A DNA stretch of 55,649 nt, counting the filler, from Sphacelaria rigidula (lineage: Eukaryota): NCBI GenBank assembly GCA_964200075.2. It is 6 parts of 6 records of this genome, joined end to end, with 100 filler letters (N's around TTAATTAATTAA, not from the genome) between each part and the next. Parts side by side here need not be neighbours in the genome. Positions count along the whole stretch, not along the records: positions 46,459 to 55,649 come from CAXNAA020009088.1; 5 more parts are not named here. The stretch is one strand, 5' to 3'. Positions 49,318 to 55,649 of the stretch are shown here, one piece after another (within the stretch, counting starts at the first letter, position 1; each line of letters starts with the position of its first letter). Under the pieces are notes generated by a model. The model made no database searches. It saw only the letters and a program-made list of their open reading frames with translations, and had not been told where the DNA came from. The position numbers were made by a program, and so were the translations under genes.

Positions 49318-49343
49318 TCCCTCCCACCCAAAAAACAACGCAG

Positions 49344-51359
49344 TTCTTCATCACAACAGCCAAGACACCGCATCTCAACGGTAAGCATGTAGTGTTTGGA
49401 GAGCTGGAGTCGGGCGTGGACACGCTTAAGAAGATGTCGAACGTAGAAACAGATCGCAAGGACGGTCCTATCCCCATGCAACGGGTGATTATAGAGGATT
49501 GTGGTGAGTTGCTCCCCCCACCGAAGCACCACCACCACCGCCGTCATTCAAAAGGCATGGACGCGGACGGTACTGCGGCGGCAACGGACCGTAAGCTGGA
49601 CAACGGCGCTGAGAGATCAAAAAAGAAGCACAAAAAAGAGAAGAAGGCGCGCAAGAAGCATCGCCACAAATCGTCTTCCTCATCCAAGAAGAAGCGCCGT
49701 CACCACCGTCACCGTGAGGACAGTGACGGGAGCGCGTCTGATCAATCGCATGATGACTCTTCCGATTCGGGCAGTAGCAACAGCGGAACGAGAAAATCAA
49801 AAACAGCGACGGACCGCAAGCGGCGAAAACACCACGAGAAGAAGGCTAAAAAAGAGGGCAAGAAAAAAGCCAAGAAAGAGGGCAAGCACCGCAAGAAAGA
49901 CGCCGACGGCAGGAAAAGGACCAACGAAGATGACAGTGACGATGCAGACGCCGAGGGTAGCGGCAGCGAGGGCGAGCAACAGCGCACGAGAGCGGACAGG
50001 CAGAGCGGCCGCAGCGGTGAAGGTCACGACGCCAGCAATATCAGCAACATTCACCATAGCAACGGAAGAGGAGCTCGCCACTCCGTCGGGGGTAGTCATG
50101 GGGCTGAGTCCAGGGCATCAAACGGTACCACTGCCGTCACCGCCCGGTCGCGCCGGGCTCCCTCGCCGCGTCCCGAAGCTGGACGGCACGCCAAGAGCCG
50201 TAGCCGCAGTGGTAGCAAGGCGGGCGGCGGTGGAAGGGGTGGCGGCTACGGTGGAAACAAGAGACGCAGAGGAAGCGAAAGCCCTGCTGCCGATAGGCGC
50301 CAGGGCCAAGATGGCACGCACAGCAATGATCGGGGGGCGGATGATAAAGTCAATCACAAGAGTCGTGGCAGGAGAGCTCACAACACGCCTTCGCCGGAAC
50401 GTGAGTATCGTGAACGACGGCCCGACGAAAGGCAGCATGATGGAGGGCGTGGTTACGGCGGCGTCGGTCGGGACAGAGACAGAGACAGAGACAGAGACAG
50501 CCGCGACCGGCGCAACAACCGTGACCGTGACCGTGACCGTGAATCCCGGGATGACCGCTATAACAGTCGAGGCCACGGGGGCTATGACGACCGGCGCGGC
50601 GGGGGCTCTCGATACGGTCGGGGTGGCGCCGGTGGCGCCAGTACGGGGGGGTATGGCGCTCTGGCGGCACACCGGCGGTCAACGCGCAGCATGAGCAGGA
50701 GCCGGAGCCGAGGAAGAGGTGGCGGGGGCAGGGACCGTGGCAGCCGTGGTGGTGGTGGTGGTCGGGACTCTCGAAGCCCGGCCCCGCGGAGAGGAAGAAA
50801 AGATTCTCGCAGTCGTTCGCCCGTGGTGAAGCGTGGACGCAGGTCATCCTTGAGCCGCAGCCGCAGCCGCAGCCGCAGCTCCCGTGGCGGCCGCGGTCGA
50901 GGTCGTGGTCGTGGTAAGTCTTCCTCCCCTGGCACCAAGCGCAGAGATGAGTCGTCCTCCAGCCGGAGCCGCAGCCGCAGCCGCAGCTCTCGCGGCGGCG
51001 GCAGGCGAGGTCGTGGTAAATCTTCCTCACCTTCGTCGAAGCGCGGACGCAGATCATCCTCCAGCCGGAGCCGCAGCCGCAGCCGCAGCTCCCGCGGCGG
51101 CGGTGGACGAGGTGGGGGTGAATCACCCTCGCGTTCGCGGAGCAAGAGAAGAAGTTCTAGATCAAGATCCGCTAGTAAGTCGCGATCAAGATCTCGGCGT
51201 TCGCCGCAGTCCCCTTCTCCCGTGTCCCGGAAAAGGCAGGCAAGCAGGAGCAACAGTGGGAGTCATGGCAGACGGGACAAGGAACGGCGGAGGTTGAGTG
51301 GTGGAAGTAGCAGCAGTTCTTCAAGCAGCTCCGGGAGCAGTGACTCGGGACATGATTGA
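49344..51359 (+). CDS. RS-domain cyclophilin, terminal exon (end of PPIase domain, Lys/His-rich segment, RD/RG/RS low-complexity tail)
   Basis: acgcag|TTC; FFITTAKTPHLNGKHVVFGE..VIIEDCGEL, then about 600 aa of basic SR-rich tail to TGA 51357-51359; in frame with ORF 49392..51359. Confidence 0.95.
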   Translation, partial: FFITTAKTPHLNGKHVVFGELESGVDTLKKMSNVETDRKDGPIPMQRVIIEDCGELLPPPKHHHHRRHSKGMDADGTAAATDRKLDNGAERSKKKHKKEKKARKKHRHKSSSSSKKKRRHHRHREDSDGSASDQSHDDSSDSGSSNSGTRKSKTATDRKRRKHHEKKAKKEGKKKAKKEGKHRKKDADGRKRTNEDDSDDADAEGSGSEGEQQRTRADRQSGRSGEGHDASNISNIHHSNGRGARHSVGGSHGAESRASNGTTAVTARSRRAPSPRPEAGRHAKSRSRSGSKAGGGGRGGGYGGNKRRRGSESPAADRRQGQDGTHSNDRGADDKVNHKSRGRRAHNTPSPEREYRERRPDERQHDGGRGYGGVGRDRDRDRDRDSRDRRNNRDRDRDRESRDDRYNSRGHGGYDDRRGGGSRYGRGGAGGASTGGYGALAAHRRSTRSMSRSRSRGRGGGGRDRGSRGGGGGRDSRSPAPRRGRKDSRSRSPVVKRGRRSSLSRSRSRSRSSRGGRGRGRGRGKSSSPGTKRRDESSSSRSRSRSRSSRGGGRRGRGKSSSPSSKRGRRSSSSRSRSRSRSSRGGGGRGGGESPSRSRSKRRSSRSRSASKSRSRSRRSPQSPSPVSRKRQASRSNSGSHGRRDKERRRLSGGSSSSSSSSSGSSDSGHD

Positions 51360-52593
51360 ATTAGCAGGCGGGACGAAATAAGGGTGGTGTAGCAGGTATT
51401 GAAGGAAATGCCGATGGTCGAAGGGCCTTCAATGTTTGATTAGCGGCCATTGAATGATGTCTGAATGTCTGGTGTAGGTGTAAGCAGTAGTGCATTTGTT
51501 TGACGATGTCTTGTGGTTCCGGGCATTATACCTGCTTCGAAAACAATCGAGTGCTTTTGTGTGAAGACGACACATCCTGCTTCGCATTTCTGGACGCAAG
51601 CGAGCTTGACAAATTCGAGATTGAGAAATCGTGTATCGCACGCGGCGGCGAGCAGATTGTCACGACTGTGTTGTAACAACACCAGAAGATCGCGGAGTAT
51701 GTGAAGTGTAATCTCGCGGCACAGAGATGATGGTACCCCTTCGACCCGAGATGAGATGGACCCTAGATTGAGTGTGCGATATATGGAGAAAAGACTGCGC
51801 AGTTTGAATAAACACATGGTACGTATATTGGCGATGGCCTTGGTGCTCGCGGAGAGAGTAGATGTCAGCTACAGCTTCGGGATTGCCAGCGCCAAAAATC
51901 AGTCATGAACAGTGTTTCGAACGGCACCCGAGCGCCCCCGAATGGTTATTTTCCTGAGAGTTTGCCCGCTGAAGGTCCTGCGAGTTTTTTAAAGACATTT
52001 TTTGCAGGCAGGCGTAGATGGATGCTGAAAGGATACGCATAGACGCTTGGTAGTGGTATTGCAAAAAGAAAGCGTTCCAGTTTCAATGGACGTGCTGTTG
52101 TTTTGGTTTATGGATAGGCAGAGAAGACGGCATATATCTTTCTGTCTGGTGTGCATTCAATCGATCTGCTATGTGGCTGCATGCTCGAGGGTGTCAGCCA
52201 TGAACTAGGAGAAATATGCGTAAAAGCACCTGTACCTGGTGCCCTTGCCGCCGCTGCTATCACGGTGACACGGACACGGTGGGAGTATGCTGCTGGCCGC
52301 GGCCTACTATGCGTGAACAAGTGTGACGCGCGGAACATATACTGCGCGTGGCAATTGGCAGCATCATCCAAAATATTACTCCGACTGATCGGCGTCCAAC
52401 TAGAAGTCCGGGCGTTCCAAGGGCTTGGGCATGGCGCCTCATCAACACCCTTGTTCAACAGTGATGCTGAACGGTATATTTCGGGCATGAATAAATTTTT
52501 CGCCTGCCCTGGCCAAAGGTGTACTTGCTATGTCCGCGAGCGCGATTTTGAACTCTGTTTTGGGATACATGACCAGGATATTCTGTAAGTCTG

Positions 52594-53070
52594 AGGCCAA
52601 CCCTAATGGGAGCCGTTCAAGATTCCTGTCGAAAATTGCCTTTGGGCCCTTCTCCGTCGTTTTACGCCCGAAAAGAGTGCTAGGCGGATGTTGACGCCTT
52701 GAAATGACTTGCACTACTCGTGGAGACCGTTCCAGGGCAACTTCGCATGTCCCGCTGGCCGCACTTTTGTTTTCGGCCAAATCAGGTCAAACACAGGTTT
52801 CCATAAAAAAACGGTCAGGTGATCAAAATTTCCCCCTGTGTTTTGATCGCTTGGCCGTTCTTTACTTGAAAAATCCTTATTTGACCAAGAATAAAAGTGC
52901 GGCCAACAAGAAATCCAAAGTTGCCCTGGAACGGTCTCAATGAGTAGAGCAAGTCATTTCAAGGCGTCAACATCCGTCCTAGCCCTCTTCTCAGGCGTGA
53001 AACGACAAAGAAGGGCCAAAAAGGCAATTTTCGATAGGAATTTTGAACGGCTCCCGTTAGAGGCGGTCTG
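52594..53070. mobile_element. Foldback-type MITE with ~190-bp inverted arms
   Basis: 52601-52785 is inverted at 52875-53063; the arms are homologous to those of 23085-24570. Confidence 0.78.
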
Positions 53071-54665
53071 GGATGGCTTTTCCACGAGGATGAACGAAAT
53101 TTTGAAAGTTTCCATTCTTGCAAAAATAAACAAAAATTGTTCAACTTTTGAATCGAGTGATCGGTGTTCGGGAATTCGATCGCATCACACAGTCAGGGGG
53201 TATACACTGAATAGTCGGGGTCCTTCAGTGAAACAAGATCGTCGGTATTTACAGCAAGAATGTTTAGGAATTTGATCGTATTGCAAAGCGGCTACCGAAT
53301 ATTTTGGGTCTCTAGAGCAGAAACAAGAATTTCGATATCAACAGCAAAAATGTTCGGATTTTCAATCGTATTGCGAAGTAAGGGGGTATACACCGAATAT
53401 TTCAAGCCCTCAAGCAGGAAGATTTTCTTCCGTCATTAAAGCTAAAACCGTATGCGTCAAATATTCGGGCAAGTCGCAACAGTTTTCGGTGTTTTCCAAT
53501 TCCACGAAGTGAAATGTTTTTTGCTCCGAATAAAATTTTCGACTCACCGGTTTTTTGCTACATTTTCCCGGTTGTAAATCCCTATTGATTTCGGTGTTGA
53601 GGGAGAAACTTCGTCAAACAGAAACCAACCTCATCTTGCTCCAAGGGTCACCTGGACACGGCAGTTGCTGCTGCCTACCTAGTATCATGCTCCAAATCGA
53701 ACCGTAGGTGAGAATTTTGACGCCCAGCGTGCAGCTTCTTGACGCTTGACGCTGTCTCCAGTCTGCCCGAGGCAACAGCAGTGTGCAACTTTCACTTGGT
53801 GTCCATGTACGCAGTACGCAACGTACGCAGCTGTACGCAGGTCTAATCTTGTGCTCAGAGGGGAGACGTTCGTGGGAAGAGGGGTGGGCACTGTCAGCTT
53901 AAACAGTTTGCTCCGCGGGCGACGCTACACGGTGGAAAAGGCCGCATCACGCACGAGATTCGTCACAGCACATGTCGCAAGTAGTTTTTGCTGGAGAGGT
54001 GTCTGTATCCGCGAAAACAGGGCGAAGTTGGTGCAGGGTTCGCTAGATGCGGGCCCCATTCTGTGCGCACCGGTCTTAAAACACACATGCATCTAGAAAA
54101 AATATGCTGCTTGCTGCAGTGTTCGTCACTGCGTACCAACCGTAGCGTGACGCCGTCGGCGGTATTACCTGCTCACTGCATAACGACAGGGTGCAGGGTG
54201 ACAAAGCACACCGCAGAACGTCACATCCTTAGCCTATCGCTGTCCTGCATTGATTCCGCGCTGTCCTATGCAGTTCGCCACATCATGAACACAGCCGCTT
54301 GTACCTGCTGCCCACGTGTACGCGGGGTATCACCCCTCGCTACGCGCTCTATCGGCTATTTCGCTACACCATGATATTTAGTAAAAGCTGTCCGTGTTGC
54401 AGCTACAGCGTACGTTTGCCCCACGTCGCGCACGCAGGAGTGAAAGGCCGACTCCGCCGCTGTAACGGCTGCCTGTATCTTGGACGAAGCTGTATGGTAA
54501 CACAGCCGCTATGGCGCGAAAGCTGCCTGTAACATCCCGCACCGTGGAGATTTTTACACACTGTTGTCTCGAAGTGTAGCGTTCCAGTCACCGACTTGAA
54601 ATACGAGTTTTACACGAATTACAGTCGGCATTACATTCTATACTGTGCAGAACAAATCGACGGAA

Positions 54666-54913
54666 GACACTTTCTACGATAGCCCCCCCCAAAACCAGCC
54701 CAAAAGCGTCACGAAACAAGTGGCCATACAGCGCCAGTTGTTTGGGTTCCCGCTGCATGAAGCGTCTCATGTGGGCGACATGAGCGGGAACGAACCCAAT
54801 CGTGAGCGTTCCCAGCTGCTTGTTGTGCTCGGCCTTTTCCATTTCGATTTACGTGAAGATGTTGCCTCTCCAAACCAGGCACTTTTCCGGGGGGGGCTAT
54901 CGTAAAAAGTGTC
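54666..54913. mobile_element. 248-bp MITE with ~29-bp TIRs and a possible 3-bp GAA target duplication
   Basis: GAA|GACACTTTCTACGATAGCCCCCCCC ... GGGGGGGGCTATCGTAAAAAGTGTC|GAA. Confidence 0.75.
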
Positions 54914-55012
54914 GAAGAGAGCTTGCTGAACCCCTCTCGCGATATAAAAAAAAGAAAGCACCGCAGAAGGAATGTGGAGATTAAACCAAACGAAAAAGAA
55001 AAAACTCATGTC
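54914..55012 (+). mobile_element. Internal fragment of the tRNA-derived SINE
   Basis: gctgaacccctctcgcgat..aagcaccgcagaagga matches the reverse complement of 19561-19652. Confidence 0.65.
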
Positions 55013-55649
55013 TCCCCGCCAGGTGTAAAATAAGGACGACCGAATTCTTGCAAGCGCATGTAACACTCGCGGGGAAACATATAGGTTCTCCTCTAATCAG
55101 TTCCGCGTTTTCCAACCTGCAAACCGTTTGATGCCCGTTGCTTTCTAATAAGAACATTAAACTGTCAATTTCTGTTCCGTTCTGTTCTGATTGCGGTATC
55201 TCAATGTCAGCAAAGTTTGGTATTGCTGTTCTACTGTATCTTCAAACGTGTGCACGGACCCATAGCGGCCACTTTCCCTCAGACCACAAGAGTCATTTTA
55301 ATCATGTTCATGTAGTTGGGAAAACCGAACTGTTTTGTTTTTACAGAGATTGCGAAATTTGGTACATGTTGCTACACCGGGAGACCTCTTTGCAGACGCC
55401 AGCCAGTCCAGTAGAGCGACGAAAGCTAGCTATGATCGGGTTTGCCTGCCGTGCTGCCGCCAGTGTTGCTTGAAAGCCACAAGACCTTTGAGGTTGGCGG
55501 TTGATGGCGTGGGTGTCAAATGCAACGACTAGTGGTTGATCATAGAGCACCCTTGTTCTTCGTGGGTCTATATGTTGCCTGTAGCCAAAATACACCAAGG
55601 CGTAGTAGATGTAGCATGTAGGATCCTGGATGATGACCAGGGGACAAGG

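Noticed and set aside
49501..51297. Overlapping alternative-frame and antisense ORFs (397, 258, 223, 184 aa)
   Set aside because: Shadows of the GC-rich low-complexity cyclophilin exon.
11601..51359. Cluster of RNA-processing genes (CWC24, CPSF2, SR-cyclophilin)
   Set aside because: They lie on different pieces separated by artificial linkers.

Overview
Eukaryotic, intron-rich and repeat-rich nuclear DNA. It is most likely a photosynthetic stramenopile, probably a brown alga (inference from an ASAF-type bipartite plastid presequence, long introns and short exons). The window is not one locus. It is six pieces of 9192, 9192, 9192, 9191, 9191 and 9191 bp joined by an identical 100-bp linker (N44-TTAATTAATTAA-N44), so adjacency across linkers is meaningless and every gene is truncated. 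Recognisable partial genes: an acidic Ala/Glu/Pro/Thr tandem-repeat protein (piece 1); the N-terminal exon(s) of a CWC24/RNF113-like splicing factor (piece 2); a BASS4/SBF-like Na+/metabolite cotransporter divergent from a CPSF2 (CPSF100)-like first exon (piece 3); five exons of plastid-targeted glutamate-1-semialdehyde 2,1-aminomutase with one GC-AG intron (piece 4); and the last three exons of an RS-domain (PPIG-like) cyclophilin (piece 6). Piece 5 has no confidently recognisable gene. Much of the rest is non-autonomous mobile DNA: tRNA-derived SINEs, TA-flanked Tc1/mariner-like, TTAA-flanked piggyBac-like, TTA-flanked PIF/Harbinger-like and 8-bp-TSD elements, foldbacks and tandem repeats, often nested. 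I see no convincing new biological system. The most unusual structures are an end-to-end chain of about nine ~100-bp piggyBac-like MITEs, a near-perfect 110-bp hairpin, nested MITEs and the GC-AG intron. All assignments are by eye, with no database searches.
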